Shown: one piece after another, positions 49,461 to 59,031 of the stretch | Position numbering within the stretch: the first letter of the stretch is position 1 | Layout of the letters: every line of letters begins with the position of its first letter | Assembly (NCBI GenBank): GCA_041649475.1 | Contig: JBAZNA010000001.1 | Location: 124,267-188,266, forward strand | Length of the DNA stretch: 64,000 bases | From: Patescibacteria group bacterium | GTDB lineage: Bacteria > Patescibacteriota > Patescibacteriia > Magasanikbacterales > GWA2-37-8 | Direction of reading: 5' to 3' | Translations under genes and position numbers: made by a program | Notes under the pieces: model-generated | Seen by the model: the letters and a program-made list of their open reading frames with translations, nothing else | What the model was told of the DNA's origin: nothing | Database searches by the model: none

Positions 49461-51337
49461 GCACCCGACCAGCATACATATCTCTGCCCCAGCTTCGGTC
49501 CTCGCTGGACCGCCTCAAGCTGGTGCACCCCTTCTTTGGGATCGCATTCCTCAGCTTCAAGCTCACGCACTTGCCTGTTGGCCGTTCCACGACACTCAAC
49601 TTCTCATCAATAAACCGAGAGTTTCTCAACAGCCACTTTCGTGTGTCCTCATCCTACGCCGGCTACTATCACCCATTTCAATCCGTCACCGGTTGGGTCG
49701 CCCCGGAGTATTCGCGCACCTCGCTGCAGAGAATCTGCGCGGACACGTTCAAGGATGCGTTCATTCATCCGAATGGAACGTCCCTGTGGGGATTCGCCAG
49801 GGGATACGTTGACGCCCTAGTCCGTCATTTGTCCCGAACCAAGATACCGTTGTTCGACCTAGCCGTTTGGATCTATCGGACAGTAGAGTGGAAAACCACA
49901 GTAGCGCCCGCTGACCTGCGCGCGAGATTGGTTAGCGAATTCGGAATCACAGATGACGAGCGTTCCAACTTGTTCGACGAATCTGCCGGCCCGATCACTG
50001 ATTGGCGCTCCGCCAGTCCTCTCTCAGAGGACGAGATCATTTCGCTCACCGGCCTACCCCCAGGCACGCCGCCCAAGACCGGCGCGGCGCTTCGCTTCCT
50101 GGCGGTAACAGGGGTCGGGCCCGCTAGGAGCCTTCGTTATGAGCCTGGTCCGAAGCTCAACATAGTCACGGGCGACAACAGTCTAGGCAAGACATTCCTC
50201 CTAGAACTAATCTGGAGTGCGCTTACAGGCAACTGGCGGGAATGTGCGCTACTCCCCCGCGAAAACGCATCGAAGTCCGGGTCGCGAGTTGTCTACGGCG
50301 TTACAACGGGACTCGCCAGTTTGCACGAAACCACAGTAACCTACGACTGGGCGCGGCAAGCCTGGCAGGGCAGCCTCAAGCCAACTGCTTTGCCCGGGCT
50401 TGTGATTTTCGCCCGATTCGATGGCTCCTTCTCCGTATGGGATCCCGCTCAGACAGCCAAGGACTCACCTAGTCCAGGGCTTCGGTTCTCGCGGAGCGAC
50501 ATTTGGGACGGTCTGGCTCTGGACATCGGTGGTGAGAGGCGCCCGGTGTGTAATGGCCTAGTGAGAGACTGGGTAACCTGGCAGACTTCGCCTCGACATC
50601 AGGACAAATTCGCAGCCTTGCGGGCCGCCCTGAGTTGCATGTCGCCAGCTCCTAACGAGGAAATCAGGCCGGCTGAGCCAACGCGGCTTCCCTCGGACAG
50701 TAGGGAGATTCCTACGGTTGAGATGTCGTACGGGATCGTGCCAGTCTTACACGCCTCAGCTGGCGTACAGAGGATAATCGCACTTGCCTATTTCCTTGTC
50801 TGGGCCTGGTACGAGCACCTTGCGCTGACGTCACGCATGCGGCGGGAACCACAACGGAGGATCATACTGCTCATTGACGAGATAGAAGCTCACCTTCACC
50901 CACGTTGGCAGAGGGTCATCGTTCCTGCCCTGATGGCGGCTGTCGAGAAGATCGAGGCATCCGTTGCGCTGCAGATTCACCTAGCCACACATTCACCGTT
51001 AGTACTGGCCTCCGCAGAAACCACGTTCTCGAGCAAGACGGACTGTCTGCATCACTTGTCGCTCGAGGCAAACACCGTACGGCTCGAGACGCTCGAGTTC
51101 GTGAAGCGTGGGCGCGCCGACCTTTGGCTTATGTCCAGTGTGTTTGGCCTTGCACAGCCGCGTTCCGTTCCCGCGGAGGCCGCAATGCACGATGCGAAGT
51201 CGCTGCAGCTTAAGGGCGAATCAGATCCGAAGGTGATCGCCGAGGTTCACGCGCGCCTGAAGGCCAATCTGCCGCAGGATGATGAGTTCTGGCCCAGGTG
51301 GCTCTATTGGGCGGAGCAGCGCGGGGTGAAGGATTGA
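49457..51337 (+). CDS. ABC/AAA_21-type ATPase (PtuA-like) with a ~200 aa N-terminal extra domain
   Basis: 'GDNSLGKT', 'ASAGVQR', 'LIDEIEAHLHPRWQR', 'ATHSP'. Confidence 0.85.
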   Translation: MSTRPAYISLPQLRSSLDRLKLVHPFFGIAFLSFKLTHLPVGRSTTLNFSSINREFLNSHFRVSSSYAGYYHPFQSVTGWVAPEYSRTSLQRICADTFKDAFIHPNGTSLWGFARGYVDALVRHLSRTKIPLFDLAVWIYRTVEWKTTVAPADLRARLVSEFGITDDERSNLFDESAGPITDWRSASPLSEDEIISLTGLPPGTPPKTGAALRFLAVTGVGPARSLRYEPGPKLNIVTGDNSLGKTFLLELIWSALTGNWRECALLPRENASKSGSRVVYGVTTGLASLHETTVTYDWARQAWQGSLKPTALPGLVIFARFDGSFSVWDPAQTAKDSPSPGLRFSRSDIWDGLALDIGGERRPVCNGLVRDWVTWQTSPRHQDKFAALRAALSCMSPAPNEEIRPAEPTRLPSDSREIPTVEMSYGIVPVLHASAGVQRIIALAYFLVWAWYEHLALTSRMRREPQRRIILLIDEIEAHLHPRWQRVIVPALMAAVEKIEASVALQIHLATHSPLVLASAETTFSSKTDCLHHLSLEANTVRLETLEFVKRGRADLWLMSSVFGLAQPRSVPAEAAMHDAKSLQLKGESDPKVIAEVHARLKANLPQDDEFWPRWLYWAEQRGVKD

Positions 51338-51966
51338 TCCGGGTCGGCCGCCAACCGGAACCCGACGACTTCGACGTGCGAGTGCGCAAACGCGGCAAGG
51401 CGTTTCTTGCGCGCGTTCCGCACCCGACCCCGAAGGAGTGGGCGAATCACGACTACTGGGTCGACATCCTCGGCGAACTTCACTCGCGGTACACTCGTAT
51501 CTGCGCCTATAGCTGTCTGCGCATACCCTACGTTGACGGCAGGAGTGTCGACCACTTTCATCCAAAGGCCAAGTATCCAGGCTCCGCATATGAATGGGAC
51601 AACTACCGCCTGGTCTTTTCCACACTCAATGGCAGGAAGGGGACCTACGAGGATGTCCTCGATCCATTCGAGGTCGAGGATGGGTGGTTCATGATTGAGT
51701 TCCCGTCGCTGCTGGTCCGCCCTTCGCCGACCCTGACACCTGGCTTGCGGAGCAAGGTGATTAATACCTGCAAGCATCTTGGTCTCAATGAAGAGGACAC
51801 GTGCCTTCGGGAGCGGTATGACTACGTTCGACTGTACTGTCGGAACCTGGCCAGTAGCGACGAGGGAATTCCGTGGGCTACCCTGGTTTCCTGGGCTCCA
51901 TTTCTTGCAAGAGAGTTGGATCGTCAAGGGCTTCGTGGCACAATCAACCAGATCATGAATCTGTAG
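51334..51966 (+). CDS. HNH endonuclease (PtuB-like)
   Basis: TTG start overlapping the ATPase stop; 'CAYS', 'VDHFHPK', 'YEWDNY', 'NGRKG', 'LDPF'. Confidence 0.85.
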   Translation: MIRVGRQPEPDDFDVRVRKRGKAFLARVPHPTPKEWANHDYWVDILGELHSRYTRICAYSCLRIPYVDGRSVDHFHPKAKYPGSAYEWDNYRLVFSTLNGRKGTYEDVLDPFEVEDGWFMIEFPSLLVRPSPTLTPGLRSKVINTCKHLGLNEEDTCLRERYDYVRLYCRNLASSDEGIPWATLVSWAPFLARELDRQGLRGTINQIMNL

Positions 51967-52307
51967 TTCGGCAACGGGGCTTCTGATAGCTGGCCAATCG
52001 CTCGCCTATCGCTTCCATCAGGACCGAACAATCCGCCTACAGGACGTGGGGCCTCCGCCCCAGAGTGCAACGTATCGCCCTCAAGGTGCTTGCCCAGAGG
52101 TCCGCCGCTAGCGACCGTGCATCAGTCTGCGTTTGGCTGCTCAGTACTCTCAATCAGCTCTCCCGGAGAGCAGAGCTCCAAGTTCTAAGGGGTGTGGATC
52201 CCATCCTGCGCAGGAACAGCCTAATCGCGTGTCCAGGTTAGACGTGAACTTGAACACGGGGCAGATCCATGCCATCGCAGCGTGGCTCAGTGTTGCCGCT
52301 CATGTCA

Positions 52308-52937
52308 TCAGCTACACCCGCAGCTCCCTTGGGGGAACCTCACTTGATGACGTCGCCCTCCGAGGGTTGCGCAAGCGCGGTCATCCTCGGCGTTGCGAAG
52401 CGCGGGCAGCACACTCAGCGGCAACCACCTGCGGATGGCCCCTTGCCCTCCAGTGTTGTCGGGGTTATCCCCACCGTAGATGAACCACTCGTAGTCCGCA
52501 TCCCGTACGGGAGGTCCTGCTAGTTCTGGCTTCGGCCGGAAGAGATAGGTCAGCTTGGCCACCATTGGCCTCGACGCCACCAGGCATCCGCCGAGCAGGG
52601 CAACATGCGCTTCGTTCTGCTCAAAGTCGCTCAGGTATACGCAGATGCTGATGATCGCATCATTGCCCGGCGTCAATTGCATTCTCCACGATGGGGAGGT
52701 GTAATTGTCGCCGGGCACATCATCCTCCAAGGGACGAGCCAGACCATCCCAGAAGTCCTCAATGCGAAGCTGTCGCTCTGAGTCGGGAAGCGTCGGATCC
52801 AGGATCAAGCGCAAACCGAAAAGCAGGTTCGATTTGCCGACCTTGTTTGCCCCGACTACGACGATATTCTCGCCGAGATCGCATGCCGCGTCTGAGAAGT
52901 TGCGGAAATTGTGTGGTTCAATTCTGCTTAGCCTCAT
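52308..52937 (-). pseudogene. Truncated OLD-family (GajA-like) ATP-dependent nuclease, N-terminal part only
   Basis: 'NFRNF', 'GANKVGKSN', 'LPALRNAE' then breaks off; no Walker B or TOPRIM; carries an in-frame insertion. Confidence 0.8.
52664..52717. mobile_element. 54 bp miniature inverted-repeat element with 6 bp target duplication
   Basis: TGCCCGGCGTCAATTGCA...TGTAATTGTCGCCGGGCA flanked by CATCAT at 52658-52663 and 52718-52723. Confidence 0.8.
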
Positions 52938-53035
52938 TCCTGAATTACAAACCTGCTATTGCAAGGCGGTCAACATGTCGGCTGCCACTATGTGTGTTGA
53001 CCGGACACTCTCTGTCGTTGTATGATTACCAATGT

Positions 53036-53452
53036 ATGAGTAGTTCACCATCTCAGTCTTCACTGCATCCGCGAATCGCAATAACGAAACAACGTCTCTG
53101 GTATCTCTACTGCTTTGCGAGTCTCAACAAGTCAGATATCGAGCGCCTCACCAAGTGGTCTCGAGGAATGATCGATTACCGACTTCACCAGTGGAACCTC
53201 ACCCTGCGTTCCTCCATCTCGCTCGCAACGTGGAGGTGGATGGAATGGCGACTCGCCCGTCGCCTCAACATCCCGCGTCAACCCGACACCGTTGGAAGTT
53301 TGGAGGCCTGGCGAGCCCGCTTCTGCGACCAGTTGCGCGGTCGTCTTCTGGACAAGCCGATCAACTGGGCCGAGATTGACCGTGATCCAGGGTTGCGGGA
53401 GATTGAGGCCCATCTGTCAGAGAACCAATCTCAGACAGCAGAAGGGTTCTAA
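53036..53452 (+). CDS. Hypothetical HTH-like protein, paralog of 60901-61287
   Basis: 'ITKQRLWYLYC...SDIE..T.W...I..RL..W.LT'; TTGACC-N18-TATGAT upstream. Confidence 0.7.
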   Translation: MSSSPSQSSLHPRIAITKQRLWYLYCFASLNKSDIERLTKWSRGMIDYRLHQWNLTLRSSISLATWRWMEWRLARRLNIPRQPDTVGSLEAWRARFCDQLRGRLLDKPINWAEIDRDPGLREIEAHLSENQSQTAEGF

Positions 53453-53797
53453 GATCCTCCTTTCTTGTCCACACCGCAACGAGTAGGCAAGGCCTCGGCA
53501 TTTGCCTCAACTCAGCCAATTCATCCGAGCAAAAAGGGCCTTTGTCACCCATCGCTGGGGATTGCCTGTCAAACCGATTTGGCTACATTGAGCCAGATTC
53601 ATGTTCAATTCCACCTGGCTATCTCGGATTAGAGCGAGGGTGGCGGCGCGCGCGCATTCCCGGTTGCCAGCGGCCTTGTCGGTGATCGCGTCTTTGTGCT
53701 ACACTTATATAAGTCGGGGAGCGATCCTCCGCACGAGGACAGCCATGGCACCAGTTGCCGAGCGCGACAACTGTGGGTTCAACAGGGGAGGACTGCG

Positions 53798-54547
53798 ATG
53801 ATGACCAAGATCCCTCCACTCGTTTCCCTGGTGGCACTGTTTCTTTCATCTGGCTGCATGTCTGGGCCGCCCCCGGAGGAAACCTGGTACGACCCTCCTA
53901 CGACGTACACCTACTCGATTGTGGTTGACACGGACGAGCATGGCAACTTCTATACCGAGTTCTCGGACGGAACCTACTTCACGGATTACGCTTCGTACGA
54001 GAGCTACGTGCCTCAGTTTGTTCTCGATGAGGCCTACTACTACGGCTACGAGCCCCCGGTTCAGCTCGGTGAATACATCTCCGGACTCGCCGAGGAAGGG
54101 TACTCTTACCCCAACACTGAGTCAGGGACAGACCAAACCACCGCCGACATTGGCGACGGCATCTCCCGTAGCGTCCATGAACTCGTTCTCCGTATCGGCA
54201 ACTACATCGTCACTACCGGTCCCCTTGCTAATGGAGCCCATGTAGCAGGATGCATTGGTCAAGTTACCGACTATAAGTACAATATTCGCCTGAATCGAAA
54301 GAACCCGTCAGCCAAGCTCTTCGACCTGCATCTGGCGACTTACACCAAGGGTGGTCAATGGTGTTTCGGCGCATATGAGAGTCAACGCAACCTCATTGAC
54401 TACTGTACCTGCGCTTACATAGACAAGGATGGGTTGCGCGACATAATAATCACGGTAGCCGTTGGTGCAGCCGTCTTAGATATAGCGGCTGCAATTATCG
54501 CCGACATCGCAGCGCCTATCGTTGCATTGGCGATTCTGGGCCTCTAG
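53798..54547 (+). CDS. Putative lipoprotein with Cys-containing domain and hydrophobic C-terminal tail
   Basis: GGAGG RBS; lipobox 'LSSGC'; acidic Tyr-rich N-half. Confidence 0.65.
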   Translation: MMTKIPPLVSLVALFLSSGCMSGPPPEETWYDPPTTYTYSIVVDTDEHGNFYTEFSDGTYFTDYASYESYVPQFVLDEAYYYGYEPPVQLGEYISGLAEEGYSYPNTESGTDQTTADIGDGISRSVHELVLRIGNYIVTTGPLANGAHVAGCIGQVTDYKYNIRLNRKNPSAKLFDLHLATYTKGGQWCFGAYESQRNLIDYCTCAYIDKDGLRDIIITVAVGAAVLDIAAAIIADIAAPIVALAILGL

Positions 54548-54582
54548 TCTCACTACTCACATCTGCATTTCACGCTCGTGGT

Positions 54583-54987
54583 ATGCCTTTCGCAATATAC
54601 ATCGAGAGAAGGGATTACGACATTGTCATCGGATGGCGGGACAAGCAAATGGCCACCGTCCGTTTTGTGTTTGAAGGCTGGAAGGACAGGACGGCGGCAG
54701 ACAGGTTTCACGAAAGCATCAGCTACCTGGACGCTGAAACCGCTGCCAAGAGAAACCCGGGGCCAGATGGCATGTATTGCATCAGGTGCCGCGGCAAGGG
54801 CGAACCGACAAGAGACGCTGTTCTAGAGGTGACCTACGACAACGCGCTATGTGACCCCGAGAAGCTGGACATGTTTTTCGCGACGAGTGGGGTCGCTGTA
54901 CACCATGCCGATCCTTTCTTCAAACCTGTGAAGAGCCTGTGGCAGGCATTGGCCCAGCGTCGGATTCCCAAACCGAAAGCTAATTAG
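54583..54987 (+). CDS. Hypothetical protein
   Basis: Directly follows the lipoprotein gene; no motif recognised. Confidence 0.55.
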   Translation: MPFAIYIERRDYDIVIGWRDKQMATVRFVFEGWKDRTAADRFHESISYLDAETAAKRNPGPDGMYCIRCRGKGEPTRDAVLEVTYDNALCDPEKLDMFFATSGVAVHHADPFFKPVKSLWQALAQRRIPKPKAN

Positions 54988-55242
54988 GTTCCGTCTCATC
55001 CCCAGAACTGACATCCGTCGCCTGGGTTCTAACATAGTCCATCCACGCCCGCATCGTGAGACAACGTCCAACCGCTCGTCACCGCGCCGCAATGCAAGGA
55101 CCACCGCAGCTGCAGAGCGGTGGTCTTTCGTTTGTCCAGGCGCGCCATTCAGATGCCGCGCCGGACCTCGCGGTCGGATCGCGTAGGCGTGTCGGGCGAG
55201 ATGGCTTGCAGCGGCGCGTCCAGGCGCCTACCATCGCCCCCA

Positions 55243-56427
55243 ATGGCGCCTGTCACAGATCTTGAGGATCTCGTCCGAAGATGGGTTGCGGGGTCGGGAA
55301 ACGGTGCGCAGCCCGCAGCCGATCAATCCTCGTTCTCCCTCGGCTCTCAAGCAGGCCTTGTCCGGAAGGAGAACCAAGATCGTGTTGCCCATGCGCGCTT
55401 CTACTTTGGTGGTGAGCCCGCCTCGCTCTCCATCGTGTGTGATGGGATCGGCGGCATGGCCGACGGTGCGCGATGTGCCGATTTGGCAATAGGGGCGTTC
55501 CTTTGCAGCGTTGTCGCTTCGTCGCCCGCCCGTGGCCCAGAGGCGCTGCTAGCCCACGCCGCATTCGTCGCCAACTCCCGTGTCTTCGACCTCGTCGGTG
55601 GCCGAGGCGGCACTACCTTGGCGTCAGTGCTCTGCTGGGCGGGACAGGAGTTCGCGTGCCACGTCGGCGACAGTCGCGTGTATGCAACCGCCCCTGACGG
55701 CACCCTTCCTCAAGTCGGAGTCGACGACACCTTCCAGGCTCGTCTTCAGGCGATGGCGGCGCCCGCGGCGCACCAGCCCCTCGACTCCGAGCGCCTGGTC
55801 CAGTATGTCGGCATGGGCTCAGACATGGAGCCACATGTGAAGAAGATCGAGGTGCCCGCCGACGGCAGGATTCTACTCACCTCTGATGGCGTACACGGCC
55901 CCGCAGGATCTGTCCTGCCGACTCTGGTTCGCCATGCATCGACGCCGCGCAGGCTCGTCGAACGCGTGCTCGCGCTTACCTTGTGGCTCGGTGGTCTCGA
56001 CAATGCAACGGCCCTCTGCATCTTCCGAGCGTCAACTGGTGGGGAGGCCGAGGCAGGGATCAGAGATCAGCTGCTTTGTGAAGTATGGAGTCCGGCCGGA
56101 AGATTGGTCGTTCCGCTACTCGGTCGAGATTCTCTGACTCAGACGAAGCGAGCGGTGCCGATGCCAGAGCCACGCCGCTCCTCTGATCCCCACACCCACG
56201 GACGTCGATCGAAGGGGAAGCCCCGGGGCGGGACGCGAGAGCGCGCGAAAGCTCCCCCGCAGACCCCGCCCGCGAGCCAGCTCTCCATCGAGGTGGTGGT
56301 CGGCGACACGCCCCAGACCGCAGCGAGTAGTAGCCCACCGTCAGTTCAGGACACGACCCGCGACAGCGCGAGTAATCCTCACTCGACCTCCGGCGATGCA
56401 GACAGTGCGAAGCCGCACGGCAAGTGA
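55243..56427 (+). CDS. PP2C-family Ser/Thr phosphatase (PfpC-like)
   Basis: 'GLVRKENQD', 'CDGIGG', 'GGTT', 'HVGDSR', 'TSDG', 'GGLDNAT'. Confidence 0.9.
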   Translation: MAPVTDLEDLVRRWVAGSGNGAQPAADQSSFSLGSQAGLVRKENQDRVAHARFYFGGEPASLSIVCDGIGGMADGARCADLAIGAFLCSVVASSPARGPEALLAHAAFVANSRVFDLVGGRGGTTLASVLCWAGQEFACHVGDSRVYATAPDGTLPQVGVDDTFQARLQAMAAPAAHQPLDSERLVQYVGMGSDMEPHVKKIEVPADGRILLTSDGVHGPAGSVLPTLVRHASTPRRLVERVLALTLWLGGLDNATALCIFRASTGGEAEAGIRDQLLCEVWSPAGRLVVPLLGRDSLTQTKRAVPMPEPRRSSDPHTHGRRSKGKPRGGTRERAKAPPQTPPASQLSIEVVVGDTPQTAASSSPPSVQDTTRDSASNPHSTSGDADSAKPHGK

Positions 56428-56448
56428 GGCGATCAGGGGGCAGCTGCG

Positions 56449-57540
56449 ATGATCTACGGTGGCCGATACGAGAGCATTGGTACCTCTGGAAGCTCGGGGG
56501 GTACGGGCACGGTCGTGATCTGCGAGGATCCGAACCTCAAGCGCAAGGTCGTGATCAAGTTTCTGCAGGCAGTCAGCCAGAAGCGGCGCATCTACGACGA
56601 GATTCGCGCTCTTCAGCGCGTTCGGTCGAAACACGTCGTTCAAATCTACGACATCGTCGTGCTGCAGCCGGGCAACCAACTCGGCATCGTGCAAGAGTAC
56701 CTTCCTGGCGAGGATCTTCTTGCTGTGGCGGCGTCGAAACCCAATCTCGACAAGTACCTCCTGCTCCTGTACCAAGTCGCCTGCGGGCTCGCCGACATCC
56801 ATGATCTCGCCATCATCCATCGCGACGTGAAGCCCAACAACATCAAGCTTGATGAGGAGGGCTTGGCGAGGATCTTCGATTTCGACTTGGCCAGAACCGG
56901 CGGCGGAGACGCCAAGACGGTCGGTTTCATCGGGACCCCTGGGTTTGCCGCTCCGGAACTCTACCCCGGGTATGGTGGAGGAGGTACGGTGGCCTTCACG
57001 GAGGCCGTCGATGTTTACGCATTTGGCGCCACTGCTCTCTACTGCGCTGAGAACGACCTTCCGGCCGAGCTTGCTCGACATCCAGACCCTCCCGACCCTG
57101 ACGCGTGGGTGGCTCGTCAGGGGTTCTCTGGTGTGCGAGTGAAGCTCCCGGCACAGGTCGCGGACGTGTTGAACGCCTGCATTGCGCGCGACATTCGCTA
57201 TCGTCCCAAGTTGGCTCAGGTAAGGACTGTGTTGGGGGCGTATCTTGTTCGAGGGAAACACCGAGCCCTTCTTGTTCACCGTGGAAAGACATTCGTTTGC
57301 GACGAGAAGCAAGCTGCCGTTCGCCTCGCGTCAACAGGTGTTGGAGAGATCCACGTTGGCTACGACGGGCTGGGCTTCGGCGTTACATTCGTTCGCGGCG
57401 ATGTGTGGATCAATAACCAAGTGGCGAGCACAGGCGCGACAATCCCGGGTTCCTGTGTGATCACCATCGGGGCGCCCCGCCTGGGGCCTGCGCGTGACTT
57501 TATCACGCTCGACACATCTCATCCGGAGGTCGTCCTGTGA
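56449..57540 (+). CDS. Hanks-type Ser/Thr kinase with FHA-like C-terminal domain
   Basis: 'GGTGTV', 'VIK', 'HRDVKPNN', 'DFD', 'GTPGFAAPE'; beta-rich tail 'GDVWINN...VITIG'. Confidence 0.88.
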   Translation: MIYGGRYESIGTSGSSGGTGTVVICEDPNLKRKVVIKFLQAVSQKRRIYDEIRALQRVRSKHVVQIYDIVVLQPGNQLGIVQEYLPGEDLLAVAASKPNLDKYLLLLYQVACGLADIHDLAIIHRDVKPNNIKLDEEGLARIFDFDLARTGGGDAKTVGFIGTPGFAAPELYPGYGGGGTVAFTEAVDVYAFGATALYCAENDLPAELARHPDPPDPDAWVARQGFSGVRVKLPAQVADVLNACIARDIRYRPKLAQVRTVLGAYLVRGKHRALLVHRGKTFVCDEKQAAVRLASTGVGEIHVGYDGLGFGVTFVRGDVWINNQVASTGATIPGSCVITIGAPRLGPARDFITLDTSHPEVVL

Positions 57541-58637
57541 CTACGACGATCCACAAAGCCGGAGATACGGTGGCCGGGCGCTACGACGTGAAGGCGTACG
57601 TTGACGCTGGGGGTATGCAGGAGGTCTACCGAGCAGTAGATGGCGTCCTGAAGCGTGAGGTCGCCCTCAAGGTCCCGAAGAATGCCTCTGCCGAGCGGCG
57701 TTTCGCGCGAAGTGCGATCTTGAGCGCCAGGATTAACCACCCAAACGTCGCCAAGACTCTCGACTTCGTCGAGGACAACAACAGGCCGTACCTGATCGAG
57801 GAGTTCATCAAGGGTGAGGATCTTCAGCGCGTGCGGCGCCGCCTAGCCATCATGGATCCCTATCTGGCGGCTCATCTGCTTCACCACATGGCGCGCGGAG
57901 TAGCAGCCTCGCACCATGCGGGCGTCGTGCACCGGGATCTGAAGCCGAGCAACATCATGGTCGCGCCCGACCTGTCGTTCGCCTTCGTGAAGATCACGGA
58001 CTTCGGCATCGCCAAGATGGCGCAAGAGGAGATCGCTGCTGCAGCTGGTGCCGGGGAACGCGAGATGACCAGCAGCCAAACGGCTGTCGGTGCGCTGCCG
58101 TACATGGCTCCAGAGATGATTCTCACACCGCGAAGCACCGACACGCCCTCGGATGTCTGGGCACTAGCGTCGATGGCCTACGAGTTCGTCAGCGGGAAGA
58201 AGCCATTTGGTGCAGGCTGGGCCGCTGCGGCGAACATCATCAACGGCACGTTCCCCGGACTGCCACCAGAACTGAACAAGACGCAATTCAAGGGCCTCGG
58301 CGAGGAGGTGTTCGCGCTTGTCCAGCGATGTTGGGCTCGGGATCCGGCTGAACGTCCCACTGCCGACGAACTCGTGAAGCTGTGCGGTCAGCTATGCTAC
58401 CCACCTTGCAGTCGAAGCCAAGGCGTCGTCGCGCGTGTCAGTTACGACGCGTATGGCTTCATCGACTCAGACTCGGGTAGCGTGTTCTTCCACATGGACA
58501 GCGTGTACGGCCCTCGACCGGCCGCGGGCGACACCGTCTGCTTCGCAGCATTCGATGGTCACCCGGCGCCGCGGGCGCACCCTGTCGTCACGATGCGGAG
58601 CGATCCCGCTGTCGCCACTTCATCGGTGGCGCCGTAG
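57537..58637 (+). CDS. Hanks-type Ser/Thr kinase with C-terminal cold-shock domain
   Basis: 'GGMQEVY', 'HRDLKPSN', 'DFG', 'YMAPE'; CSD motifs 'YGFI' and 'VFFH'. Confidence 0.9.
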   Translation: MTTTIHKAGDTVAGRYDVKAYVDAGGMQEVYRAVDGVLKREVALKVPKNASAERRFARSAILSARINHPNVAKTLDFVEDNNRPYLIEEFIKGEDLQRVRRRLAIMDPYLAAHLLHHMARGVAASHHAGVVHRDLKPSNIMVAPDLSFAFVKITDFGIAKMAQEEIAAAAGAGEREMTSSQTAVGALPYMAPEMILTPRSTDTPSDVWALASMAYEFVSGKKPFGAGWAAAANIINGTFPGLPPELNKTQFKGLGEEVFALVQRCWARDPAERPTADELVKLCGQLCYPPCSRSQGVVARVSYDAYGFIDSDSGSVFFHMDSVYGPRPAAGDTVCFAAFDGHPAPRAHPVVTMRSDPAVATSSVAP

Positions 58638-58745
58638 CGTTCAGATCAGACTCGCGTCTCGCCCTCTTGGGCCACGTAGTCGGGTGGCCGAGGGCCGTCC
58701 CCGAGCAAGTTGACTTCTGCTGATCCGAGGATCTGAATCCTCGGC

Positions 58746-58961
58746 ATGCCATCCAAGCGTCCGGTTTGCGTACAGTGCGGCATCGACGCCAGCCCTACCT
58801 GCGATTGGCTCTGGTACGGCAAAGAGGTCGAGGTCCTCGCGGGCGCACGCGGGGGCCCGCGGCGGAAGGTGTTGTAGCTGTGCCCTGAGTGCGCGGAGGA
58901 GTTCGACACCGCCGAGGTGCGGTTCTTCGCCCGCGTCGTCACTGGCGAGCTGAAGCGGTGA
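58746..58961 (+). pseudogene. Small zinc-ribbon gene with in-frame TAG
   Basis: MPSKRPVCVQCG...KVL*LCPECAEEF...LKR*; TAG at 58875-58877. Confidence 0.45.
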
Positions 58962-59031
58962 CCGCGGGCGCCGAGCTATTGCGCTCGTCTCGGAGTGTGT
59001 CAACGACTTTGAGACACTGGCCGGGACGCAT

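Noticed and set aside
52308-52937. Complete Gabija system
   Set aside because: The OLD-like gene is truncated and no UvrD-like gajB follows.
58875-58877. Stop-codon recoding (TAG readthrough)
   Set aside because: Single case in a small ORF next to an IS; many neighbouring genes end normally in TAG, so a nonsense mutation is more likely.
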